Source: an uncultured Candidatus Saccharibacteria bacterium
Lineage (GTDB): Bacteria; Patescibacteriota; Minisyncoccia; Phycocordibacterales; Phycocordibacteraceae
NCBI GenBank assembly: GCA_964402535.1
Contig: CAYOCH010000004.1
Coordinates: 1 to 53,818, forward strand
Direction of reading: 5' to 3'
Length of the DNA stretch: 53,818 nt
In this document: positions 43,936-53,100 of the stretch, piece after piece
Layout: each line of letters opens with the position of its first letter
Position numbering within the stretch: the first letter of the stretch is position 1
Program-made: the position numbers and the translations under genes
Notes under the pieces: model-generated
The model's database searches: none
What the model saw: the letters and a program-made list of their open reading frames with translations, nothing else
What the model was told of the DNA's origin: nothing

Positions 43936-46443
43936 ATGTTCAGCCTTTCCCGCATCTTCTCTAAGAATCAGTCCGCGGCCTTCGTCAAGGGCGCGGCCTC
44001 CCGCGTCGAGGAGATAAACCGCATTTCGGCGACCCTCACGGGCCTCTCTGACGAGGCGATCCGCGAGCGGGTGGCGCAGGTGCGCGAGCGCGCTCGTGCG
44101 GCAGGCGCGACCGCCGAGGCCGACCTGCCGCTTACCTTCGCACTCACGCGCGAGGCCTCGCGCCGGACGCTCAAGCAGCCGCACTTCGACGTGCAGATGA
44201 TCGGCGGCCTCGCACTCGCGAGCGGCAAGATCGCCGAGATGCGCACCGGCGAGGGCAAGACGCTCGTCGCCACATTGCCCGCGAGCTTCCACGCGCTTGC
44301 GGGCAAGGGCGTGCAGGTCGTGACGGTGAACGACTACCTCGCGCGCCGCGATGGCGCGTGGATGGGGCAGGTCTACGACTATCTCGGGCTTTCGGTCGGC
44401 GTCGTCACGAGCGCGGGCGCGTATCGCTACGACTCGTCGCATGTGCAGAGAGCAGAGGACGCAGTGCGCGACGAGGCAGGCTCCTTCCGCGTCTTCTACG
44501 ATTACCTGCGGCCGGTCACGAAGCACGAGGCCTACGCCGCCGACATCACCTACGTCACCAACAACGAGCTCGGGTTCGACTACTTGCGTGACAACACCGC
44601 CTACGACGCATCGCAGATCGTGCAGCGCGGGTTCCATTTCGCAATCGTCGACGAGGTGGACTCGATCTTGATCGATGAGGCGCGTACGCCCCTCATCATC
44701 AGCGGGCCGGCGGGCGACTCGCAGAACTTGTATGAGCGCTTCGCCACTATCGTGCGCGGCTTCGCGCCAGAGACCGACTACACGGTCGACGAGAAGCAGA
44801 AGGCGATCCAGATCACCGAGGAGGGGATGCAGAAGGCCGAGCGCGCGCTCGGGCTCGACAACCTCTACACCGAGGGCGGCGTGAAGTACGCGCATCACCT
44901 CGAGACGGCAGTGCGCGCCAAGGCGCTCTTTAATAAGGATAAAGAATATGTGGTGCGCGAGGGAGAGATAGTCATCGTCGACGAGTTCACCGGCCGTCTG
45001 CAGCCCGGGCGCCGCTGGTCAGAGGGACTCCACCAGGCGATCGAGGCCAAGGAGGGCGTGAAGGTGCAGGAGGAGACACGCACCTATGCGACCGTCACCT
45101 TCCAGAATCTCTTCCGCATGTACGAGCGGCTCGCCGGCATGACAGGCACCGCGCTCTCCTCGGAGGAGGAGTTTTATACCGTGTATGCGCTCGAGGTGGT
45201 GGTCGTCCCGACCAACAAGCCGGTCGCCCGCAAGGATTATGACGACCTCATCTTCCAGACCGCAGCGGGCAAGTATCGGGCCGTCGCGCGCGAGGTGAAG
45301 AAGCGGCACGAGAAGGGACAGCCGATCCTCGTGGGCACCGTCTCGATCGAGGACAACGAGGCGGTGAGTTCGTATCTCGCCGCAGAGAGCATTCCGCACG
45401 AGGTGCTGAACGCCAAGAACCACGAGCGCGAGGGCGAGATCATCGCGAACGCGGGCGAGGAGGGGCGCGTGACGGTGGCGACGAACCTCGCCGGCCGCGG
45501 CGTCGATATCAAGCTCGGCGGCGCGCTCGCCACTCTCGAGGCACGCGCTCGCGTGCTCGAGAAGGGCGGCCTCATGGTGATCGGCACCGAGCGCCACGAC
45601 GCGCGCCGCATCGACAACCAGCTGCGCGGCCGCTCCGGCCGCCAGGGCGACCCCGGCGAGACGCGCTTCTATGTGTCGCTCGAGGACAAGCTCATGCGCG
45701 TCTTCGCCTCCGAGACGCTGAAGCGGGTGATGGGCCGGTTCGGCATCCCCGAGGACGAGCCGATCGAGAGCGGCATGATCACCAAATCGCTTGAGACCGC
45801 GCAGGGGCGGATCGAGGGATTCAACTTCGACTCGCGCAAGCAGGTGCTCGCCTACGACGATGTGATGAACACGCAGCGTCTCGCGATCTACGCGCGCCGC
45901 CGTGCCGCGCTCCTCGGCTCTGACGAGGAGGTGATCGCGCTCATCCGCGAGCTCATGAGCGAGAACGCCGCAGCGCTCGACGCCAAGGTCGCGGAGTTCG
46001 GCACCGCCTTCGCCGCGCATGCGCGCCGGCTTCTCTTGCAGGTGATCGACACCTTCTGGCTCGAGCACTTGGAGACGATGGACTACCTGCGCCGCTCGGT
46101 ATCGCTCCGTGCCTACGGCCAGCGCGACCCGCTCATCGAGTATCGTCGCGAGGGATTGATGCGCTTCCGTTCGCTCGAGGCGAACATCCGCGCCGCGATC
46201 ACCGAGGCGATCCCGCGCATGCAGAACGTCGACGACGCCCGTATCCGCGCGGAGGAGGAGAAGACGCGCGCCGTGATTGAGGCGGCGGGGAAGGAGGGTG
46301 CCGCCGGCACTACCGTCGTGCACGGGAGCACCCACGGCCGCAACGACTTCGTCACGATCAAGAAGGGCGAGGAGACGCAGACGATCAAATATAAGAAGGC
46401 CGAGCCGCTTCTCTCCCAGGGCTGGGAGATCGTACCCGACTAG
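43936..46443 (+). CDS. secA: Preprotein translocase ATPase SecA (835 aa)
   Basis: HFDVQMIGGLALASGKIAEMRTGEGKTLVATL, VTVNDYLARRD, AIVDEVDSILIDEARTPLIISG, GMTGTA, ATNLAGRGVDIKLGG, RIDNQLRGRSGRQGDPGE. Confidence 0.95.
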   Translation: MFSLSRIFSKNQSAAFVKGAASRVEEINRISATLTGLSDEAIRERVAQVRERARAAGATAEADLPLTFALTREASRRTLKQPHFDVQMIGGLALASGKIAEMRTGEGKTLVATLPASFHALAGKGVQVVTVNDYLARRDGAWMGQVYDYLGLSVGVVTSAGAYRYDSSHVQRAEDAVRDEAGSFRVFYDYLRPVTKHEAYAADITYVTNNELGFDYLRDNTAYDASQIVQRGFHFAIVDEVDSILIDEARTPLIISGPAGDSQNLYERFATIVRGFAPETDYTVDEKQKAIQITEEGMQKAERALGLDNLYTEGGVKYAHHLETAVRAKALFNKDKEYVVREGEIVIVDEFTGRLQPGRRWSEGLHQAIEAKEGVKVQEETRTYATVTFQNLFRMYERLAGMTGTALSSEEEFYTVYALEVVVVPTNKPVARKDYDDLIFQTAAGKYRAVAREVKKRHEKGQPILVGTVSIEDNEAVSSYLAAESIPHEVLNAKNHEREGEIIANAGEEGRVTVATNLAGRGVDIKLGGALATLEARARVLEKGGLMVIGTERHDARRIDNQLRGRSGRQGDPGETRFYVSLEDKLMRVFASETLKRVMGRFGIPEDEPIESGMITKSLETAQGRIEGFNFDSRKQVLAYDDVMNTQRLAIYARRRAALLGSDEEVIALIRELMSENAAALDAKVAEFGTAFAAHARRLLLQVIDTFWLEHLETMDYLRRSVSLRAYGQRDPLIEYRREGLMRFRSLEANIRAAITEAIPRMQNVDDARIRAEEEKTRAVIEAAGKEGAAGTTVVHGSTHGRNDFVTIKKGEETQTIKYKKAEPLLSQGWEIVPD

Positions 46444-46454
46444 CGTTTTCGTGC

Positions 46455-46460
46455 TAAGGT
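46455..46460 (+). promoter_or_regulatory. -10-like hexamer TAAGGT, 6 nt before ATG 46467
   Basis: TAAGGT-gcggct-ATG. Confidence 0.3.
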
Positions 46461-46466
46461 GCGGCT

Positions 46467-47441
46467 ATGGCATTTACTGACCACGTCATCATCACGGCGT
46501 CTTCGGGCAAGGGCGGCGACGGCGTCATCCGTTGGTTGCGGACCAAGGAGACGGCGCGCGGCGGACCCTCGGGCGGCGACGGCGGCACGGGCGGCGCGGT
46601 CGTGCTCCTCGGCGTGCGCGATCTCGCGGCGCTCGCGACCTATCGCTACGAGAAGAAGTTCAAGGCCGAGGACGGCGAGGCCGGCAAGAACGAGCTCAAG
46701 ACCGGCAAGAACGGCGAGGACGCGATCCTTAAGGTGCCGGTCGGTACGGTCGCGCGCGTCATCGAGACGGGCGACGAGTTCGAGGTGACTAAGGAGGACG
46801 AGCAGATCATCGTCTTCAAGGGCGGGCGGGGCGGTCTCGGCAACGCGCGATTCAAGAGTTCGACCAATCAGAACCCCTTTCAGCAGACCTCGGGCAAGCC
46901 GGGGAAGAGCGGCCAGCTCGAGCTCACGCTCAAGATCATCGCTGACGCCGGTCTCGTCGGGCTCCCGAACGCGGGCAAATCGTCGCTCGTCAACGCGCTC
47001 ACGCGCGCTAAGTCTAAGGTCGGCGCCTATCCCTTCACCACGCTCGAGCCGCATCTCGGCGAATTCCACGGCTACGTGCTCGCCGACATTCCCGGGCTTA
47101 TCGAGGGCGCATCATCGGGGAAGGGGCTCGGGACGAAATTCCTCCGGCACGTCGAGCGCACCGGGATCCTGCTGCATCTCGTCTCGGCTGACCAAGATGA
47201 CCCGGTCGCGGCCTATAGGGAAGTGCGTCACGAGCTCGAGAGCTTCGGCCGCGGCCTCGCCGAGAAGCGCGAGATCATCGTCCTCTCTAAGATTGACCTC
47301 ATCACGAGTGAAGAGGCAGCGGTGAAGGCGCAGCTCCTTGCGCGCGAGACCGGCAGAGAGGTCTTCGGCGTGACGGTTGAGGACAAGGCATCCCTCAAAG
47401 CGTTCTCAGACAGCCTTTCAAAAATACTCACGAACAGGTAA
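46467..47441 (+). CDS. obg: GTPase Obg/CgtA
   Basis: Obg fold GKGGDGVIRWLRTKETARGGPSGGDGGTGGAVVL. G domain GLVGLPNAGKSSL, DIPGLIEGAS, SKIDL. Confidence 0.9.
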   Translation: MAFTDHVIITASSGKGGDGVIRWLRTKETARGGPSGGDGGTGGAVVLLGVRDLAALATYRYEKKFKAEDGEAGKNELKTGKNGEDAILKVPVGTVARVIETGDEFEVTKEDEQIIVFKGGRGGLGNARFKSSTNQNPFQQTSGKPGKSGQLELTLKIIADAGLVGLPNAGKSSLVNALTRAKSKVGAYPFTTLEPHLGEFHGYVLADIPGLIEGASSGKGLGTKFLRHVERTGILLHLVSADQDDPVAAYREVRHELESFGRGLAEKREIIVLSKIDLITSEEAAVKAQLLARETGREVFGVTVEDKASLKAFSDSLSKILTNR

Positions 47442-47450
47442 CCTGTGGGC

Positions 47451-48863
47451 ATGTATCGCCCCACGATCGGCCTCGAGATCCATGCAGAGCTTGCGACGCA
47501 GACTAAGATGTTCTGCGACTGCAAGAATGACCCGGACGAGACGCGGCCCAACGTGAATGTCTGCCCGGTGTGCCTTGCGCACCCCGGGACGCTCCCGGTC
47601 GCTAATCGGGAGGCCGTGCGGCAGATCCTGCGCATCGGCACTGCGGTGGGCGGCACGCTCGCCGACTTCACCGAGTTCGATCGCAAGAGCTACTTCTATC
47701 CCGACATCCCCAAGGGCTATCAGATCAGCCAGTACGAGCACCCGCTCGTCTCGGGCGGCACGCTCGCCGGTGTCGCGATCACGCGTGTGCATTTGGAGGA
47801 GGACACTGCGCGCTCGTCGCATGAGGGAGGGAAGAGCCTTGTCGACTTCAATCGCGCAGGCGTCCCTCTGATGGAGCTCGTCACCGAGCCGGTGATCCAC
47901 GACGCAGAGACCGCCGGCCGTTTCGCACGCGAGCTGCAGCTCCTCTTGCGCACGCTCGGTTCGGGCGAGGCCAACCTTGAGAAGGGGGAGATGCGCATCG
48001 AGGCGAACATCTCCGTCTCTGCCGATGACTCGTTCGGTACGAAAGTCGAGGTCAAGAACCTGAACTCGTTCCGCTCGGTGGAGCGCGCGATCGCCTACGA
48101 GATCGAGCGGCAGTCAGCGCTCATCGAGTCGGGCGGCAAGGTGAGCCAAGAGACGCGTGGGTGGGACGAGACAGGACAGAAGACGTTCCATCAGCGGTTC
48201 AAGGAGGGGAGTGCGGACTACCGCTACTTCCCGGAGCCGGATCTGCCCAAGCTCTATATCTCTGAGATCGCAGAGTTCGCACCGGAGGTGATCAAGGCAT
48301 CGCTGCCGGAGTTGCCGTGGGAGCGGCGCGAACGGTATGTCGCGACCTACGGACTCAAAGAGAGCGACGTCGCGTATCTCGGTGCTTCATGCGAGCGTGC
48401 AAACTTTTTTGATGCAGTCGCACTCGCACTCGAGCAGAAGAAGGAGTTGGTCGCGCTCGCGACGAACTACATCATCTCTGACCTCGCAGGCATCTTTGCG
48501 AAGAAGGGCGCTGAAGGTTTTACATCGATCGATGCAGCAGCATTTTCAATACTCATCCGGCTCGTCGCAGCGGGCGACCTCTCCTCGCGCGGCGCCAAGG
48601 ACACGCTCGCGATATTTGCAGAGACTGGCGGCGACCCGGAGACGATTGCGAAAGAAAGGGGGCTGATCCAGGTCCACGACGCGAGTGCGCTCCTCGGCGC
48701 GGTCAAGGAGGTCATCGCTGCCGAGGCGAAGGCCGTCGAGGAGTACCGCGCGGGCAAGGAGGCTGCGCTCCAGTACCTGATAGGGAAGAGCATGAAGGCG
48801 ACCAAGGGCGCCGGCAACCCAGCCGTCCTTAAGGAGCTCATCACGGCAGAACTGGGCAAATAG
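47451..48863 (+). CDS. gatB: Asp-tRNA(Asn)/Glu-tRNA(Gln) amidotransferase subunit B
   Basis: YRPTIGLEIHAELATQTKMFCDC, NVCPVCLAHPGTLPV, YFYPDIPKGYQISQYEHP, HLEEDTA, NRAGVPLMELVTEP. GTG 47445 is an alternative start. Confidence 0.9.
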   Translation: MYRPTIGLEIHAELATQTKMFCDCKNDPDETRPNVNVCPVCLAHPGTLPVANREAVRQILRIGTAVGGTLADFTEFDRKSYFYPDIPKGYQISQYEHPLVSGGTLAGVAITRVHLEEDTARSSHEGGKSLVDFNRAGVPLMELVTEPVIHDAETAGRFARELQLLLRTLGSGEANLEKGEMRIEANISVSADDSFGTKVEVKNLNSFRSVERAIAYEIERQSALIESGGKVSQETRGWDETGQKTFHQRFKEGSADYRYFPEPDLPKLYISEIAEFAPEVIKASLPELPWERRERYVATYGLKESDVAYLGASCERANFFDAVALALEQKKELVALATNYIISDLAGIFAKKGAEGFTSIDAAAFSILIRLVAAGDLSSRGAKDTLAIFAETGGDPETIAKERGLIQVHDASALLGAVKEVIAAEAKAVEEYRAGKEAALQYLIGKSMKATKGAGNPAVLKELITAELGK

Positions 48864-48929
48864 CCCCCTCTCGTACCTCCCCCAGAGGGGAGCGTGTGCA
48901 CATCTCTTCCATACCAGCCGAGATGTGGC

Positions 48930-48935
48930 TATACT
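48930..48935 (+). promoter_or_regulatory. -10-like hexamer TATACT, 6 nt before ATG 48942
   Basis: ggcTATACT-ggtcgc-ATG. Confidence 0.45.
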
Positions 48936-48941
48936 GGTCGC

Positions 48942-49700
48942 ATGGATGAGCTCACCATCGGCGACAAGAAGTACGTATCGTCTAAGCGAGCCGCAAAACT
49001 CACTGGGTACGCCAAGGATTATGTCGGCCAATTGTGTCGAGAGGGTCGTGTCCCGGCACGGCTCGTTGGTCGCGCGTGGTACGTGCTCGAGTCGGCGATC
49101 CAGGATCATCGCTTCGGCGATGACAACGGCTCGAAAGAGGAGGCCGCAAGCATCGCCGGCGAGAGCGAGGTGTGGGAGTCGCCGAAGTATGAGGCTGACG
49201 CCGTCGAGTCGCTGCCGAGCGTGAACCGCATACATGATGTCGAGCCGGTGAAGCACGAGAGCGAGAATCTCTCACAGCACCTGCAGGACTCGTGGAAGGC
49301 GTGGTTCGATCGCGTTGCTGCCCCGACATCTGAAGTCGGGGTCGCGACCGAGAGCGTCAGGAAGGCAGAGGAGCCGGCGGCAAAGCCGCTACGCGAAGAC
49401 ATCGTGCCGATCAGGGCGATCCATCATGCGCCGATCGAACCGCTCCCAGACGAGCTTCTGCCGCGCAGGGTAGCGAGCCGCATACCGACACGGCCTGAGG
49501 CTCTCGAGGCCTCCTACGCACCTGTGGCGCCTCGCAGGGGCACCAGCAAGGGTGTGCGCTATAGCCTCCAGTTCGCTGGTGCTCTAGTTGCGCTCATCAT
49601 GGCCTCACTCGCCATCGCAGGCACAGGCTATTTTGATACGTTCGCCGTCTCGCATACACAAGTCGGCGCAGCAGCAGGAGTATATCTCTACAATAGATAG
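48942..49700 (+). CDS. Tail-anchored protein with an N-terminal excisionase/MerR-type HTH (HTH_17-like) (252 aa)
   Basis: HTH KYVSSKRAAKLTGYAKDYVGQLCREGRVPARLVGRAWYVLESAI, an acidic linker, and a C-terminal TM LQFAGALVALIMASLAIAGTGYF. Start taken at ATG 48942. The track start is GTG 48894. Confidence 0.65.
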   Translation: MDELTIGDKKYVSSKRAAKLTGYAKDYVGQLCREGRVPARLVGRAWYVLESAIQDHRFGDDNGSKEEAASIAGESEVWESPKYEADAVESLPSVNRIHDVEPVKHESENLSQHLQDSWKAWFDRVAAPTSEVGVATESVRKAEEPAAKPLREDIVPIRAIHHAPIEPLPDELLPRRVASRIPTRPEALEASYAPVAPRRGTSKGVRYSLQFAGALVALIMASLAIAGTGYFDTFAVSHTQVGAAAGVYLYNR

Positions 49701-49749
49701 CGTATAGCTTAGATATCTCGTCTCGTATAGGCAATATATATGAGTGATG

Positions 49750-49770
49750 CTTGTAAGTTAAACTTACAAG
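49750..49770. repeat. Perfect 21-nt palindrome in the AT-rich island (candidate operator)
   Basis: CTTGTAAGTT-A-AACTTACAAG. Confidence 0.7.
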
Positions 49771-50077
49771 ATAAATGCAACATTATATTACTTGTAGAGA
49801 GGAAGATTTTCGGTTAAAGAGGATCAATATTTTAATTTCGTTTTATACAGAGGAATATTGTTCGCACAACGTGTTTGAGTGAATATTTTGCGTAGAACAA
49901 GCGATCACAAGCCGGAATTTTCGCTGGAACGCGCGATGTGTTGAGGCTGATCACGATGTGAGGACGAAATTGAGGGCGTATATGTTCATACGCGTGATGA
50001 GTCGAATTTTTTGAACGACCGGCGACAAATTCGCCTAACATTTTTGTAATGCGCAGTCACAAAATGTTTTTCGAAAT

Positions 50078-50086
50078 TTATCCACA
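50078..50086 (+). promoter_or_regulatory. Perfect DnaA-box consensus 9-mer TTATCCACA
   Basis: Exact TTATCCACA, 69 nt upstream of ATG 50156 and ~35 nt upstream of the TACTAAGAT -10-like stretch (50120-50128). Confidence 0.35.
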
Positions 50087-50100
50087 CATGAATTCTTCAT

Positions 50101-50157
50101 ATGTCGGATGAAGCCGAAATACTAAGATAAAATGTAGTTAATTCGGATATCCGACAT
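50101..50157 (+). promoter_or_regulatory. Inverted repeat that would pair the giant ORF's start codon into a stem
   Basis: ATGTCGGAT (50101-50109) is the exact reverse complement of ATCCGACAT (50149-50157), which includes the AT of ATG 50156. An inner CCGAA (50114-50118) / TTCGG (50142-50146) extends the stem. Confidence 0.45.
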
Positions 50158-53100
50158 GACCTCGCTCCTTAACGATCATCTAATATCGACAAGCGAAGCG
50201 AGTAGCATTTCGGGCTGCCACGCAGACTACATCGCGCGACTTGCTCGCGCGAAAAAAATTTCAGGCCGCCGCATCGGCCGCAACTGGTTCGTCGACCGGC
50301 AGTCGCTGCTCGCCTTCATCGAGGAGCAGGGCGGACGCAAGAGTGATTACGCACGCGCGCTCGCGCACGCGCGCGCGAAGGAGTTCGAGGCGCACCAAGC
50401 GCCGGTAGCGCGCGTAATCCGCGCAGTCGAGAAGCCGGTCGTACGCCTGACTGCGCGGGCGAGTGAGCCGGAGTTTGACATCCCGGGTGCCTCGATGTCT
50501 TCGCATTTCATGGCTATTGCGGCGGCATTCCTCGTCGTCGGTGCGGGCGCCATCATGGCGCAGTCGAGCGTGATCCCGCAAGCAGCAGAGCGCGTAGCGC
50601 TTGTGGCGACGCAGGCGTCGATCGGATTCGCCGTCGCGTTCGGCGAGGTCCCGTCGCGCCTCAATAGCGATATGAATGCGGCGACATCGCACGTCGCGAC
50701 GGTGGTTGATCGTGTCGCGAGTGGTGAAGCCTCGACGACGCATGCAATCGCGCCGACGATAGCGATCGACCTCTCAGCGTTGCCTGCGCCGGCTGTCGCG
50801 ACGATCGACGTACGTGCGCATCGCGTCCCGATGCCGGTCGTGCCGGCTGACGAGCAGGTGCTCACCGTCGAAGAGCTCAAGACGTCTGCGGTTGCTGCAG
50901 TCGGTACGTTCGCGTCGCCCACGCGCGCGATCGGCGCTGCACACGATGCGTATGTAGCGCTCGGCACTGCCGGCTATCGCGCGATCGTCGAGTCGCTCCT
51001 CGCGTATCGCGCGCTCCTCGCGCACGCGGGCGACCGCGCGCTCGCGCTCGGCTCGGTGACGCGCGATACGATCGCCGCCTCGCCGCGGATGATCGCCAGC
51101 ATGAACCTCGCGCTCGGTGAGCTCGCGGTCGGCGCGTCGCGCGCGGCGATCCGCGCCGACGTCTCGCTCGCCTACGGCACGGCCGCTGCGGCCCCGGCCA
51201 CCGCGCGCGCGACGGTCGCCCTTATCGGCAACACGGGCGACGCGATCGAGCTCGCTACCGCCCGCCTCGCCTATGGCGCGCCAGAACGCATCGCGCAGGC
51301 GGTCTTCGACACAGAGGTCGCGATCGCGCGCCCGATCGTCGCCCTGAACGAGGAGCTAGAGGGCGCGTACATAGCCGCCGTCTATCACACCGGCTACGCG
51401 ACCGAGAGCACGGCCTCGGGCGCGCTCGCGCTCGCAGACCGGGCCGCGCAGGCGCTGCCCGGGCAGGTCAGGCCGTCAGAGATGCTCGCGAGCGCCGGCG
51501 CAGCGGCGCGTGACGCGTATCTCGGCGCGCTCGGCAAGAGCGCCGTCGCGCTAGAGTCTCTCACGCGCTCATCCGGCCTCGCCGCCGCGCTCTCGGCAGG
51601 CGAGCAGGTCGCGCTCGCGACGTATGAGTCGATTAACGGCTTCTTCTCTACCACGAGCCGCGCGATCGCGTCGCTCTTTGGTTCGACCTCCTCCGTGACA
51701 AGTAGCCCGCTGGTGCCGGTCACTGCTGCAAATTCGCCTCGTGTCGCTGTCGCTCCGGTCGCGTCCTCTACTCCTCGGGCGGCTGCTCCTGCTCGTGCTC
51801 CTGCTCCTATCATCAATTCCTATCCCTCCTACGTGACTACCGTCAACGGCGTCTCGCAGAGCTACGTCGACAGCGCGGTCATGAACATGCGTAACGGGAT
51901 CCTCGCGACCGTCTCGGGCATGGTGCAGCCGATCGCCACGCAGACCGTCATCAACCAGAACACGATCCAGCAGGTCAACATGATCCAGCGCTTGGGCGGG
52001 CTCATCGTCGACAACGGCGTCTTCAACGGCGGCACGTTCGACAAAGGGAACATAACGAACGGCATCGCAGTCACATCGGCAAACGGCACGTTCACCAATC
52101 TCGCCGCTGGAGCCACGACTCTCGCCACTACGACCGTCTCGGGCGACCTCACCCTCTCCGGCATCCTCACCGCCAACACCAAGGCCGTCGCCCCCTACTT
52201 CGTCGCCACCGCATCTAACGCGACCAGCACTTTCGCGGGCGCCGTCGGCATTGGCACCACCTCGCCCGCCGGGTTGTTGCATCTGGCGAGCACGGCACAG
52301 CGGAATATCCTCGTCGCCGATGGAACGGCCGGCAGGGTGTATTTCGGTACCTCGACGAACCCGTTCATGCGCGTGGACGAAATCGGCGGCGGAGGGATGG
52401 TGAGTATCGCAGCATCCGGCGCCATGGAGGGGCTCTCGATCATCGGGAGCACCTGGCCGAACAGCGCGCTTTCGTTCAGCGGCATCGATTATCAGGGATT
52501 GAATTACCGCGACCGCGGCGCGCTCTACTACGAGGCGGCGCAAGGCGGCCAGTATGGGTCATTGGTTCTCACGACCTCTCGTACGGACATCCCGCTTCAA
52601 CTGCAATCGAACGGCGGCAACGTCGGCATCGGGACCACCTCGCCCGACGCTCTCCTCGCCCTGCAGCAGACAGTGAACGGCGTGCCCTTCATCTCTGCGT
52701 ACCGCGCGACGGACGCCGCGCCTGCAGGCGACTTTATCAACTACAAGACCAAGAGCGGCACGACGCTCTTCCGCGTCGACAACTCGGGCAACCTGATGGC
52801 CGGCGGCATCATCAACACCGGCAGCCAGACCATCACCTCGGTCACGTCGCCGCAGTTCAGAGTGCAGTACGACGCATCTCATGAAATCACTACCTCGGTG
52901 AGTTCGACCGGAACGACGACTCTCGGGGTCACGAACGGACTCGTCTTCACGCCGACGAACAACGGCGTGAACACCTTCAACTTCACCAACGCGCTCGGCA
53001 CGAACTCGATCCTCTCCGTCGACACGCTTAACAAACGTGTCGGGATCGGGACCACGAGCCCGATGTCTCTGCAGACCATCGCGCTCGCCGACGGCGGCGC

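Noticed and set aside
43743-43964. A 73-aa track ORF in the murB-secA spacer.
   Set aside because: It has a TTG start and an Arg-rich product. It reads straight through an intrinsic terminator, the secA -10 hexamer and the secA start codon. The alternative 26-codon Lys-rich frame, which ends before the terminator, is more plausible, though still unproven.
45019-46335. A 438-aa minus-strand ORF, and similar ORFs (43879..44898-, 46440..47069-).
   Set aside because: They are antisense to secA and obg, whose identities are unambiguous. They are shadow ORFs.
49832-50041. A 69-aa minus-strand ORF inside the AT-rich island.
   Set aside because: It has atypical composition for this genome (AT-rich codons), no start context, and no terminator. 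It is most likely a chance ORF in AT-rich non-coding DNA.
50145-50150. GGATAT lies 5 nt before ATG 50156 and is complementary to the AUAUCC of the immediate 16S tail candidate.
   Set aside because: This is a single occurrence. The same bases are part of the inverted repeat 50149-50157, and no other start in the window shows GGATAT.
49701-50155. Possible chromosomal replication origin (AT-rich, perfect DnaA box, GATC sites).
   Set aside because: There is only one perfect box and one or two weak ones per AT-rich patch. There is no dnaA/dnaN nearby. Genes on both sides run in the same direction instead of diverging. A regulatory role is more likely. Only contig-wide GC skew could settle it.
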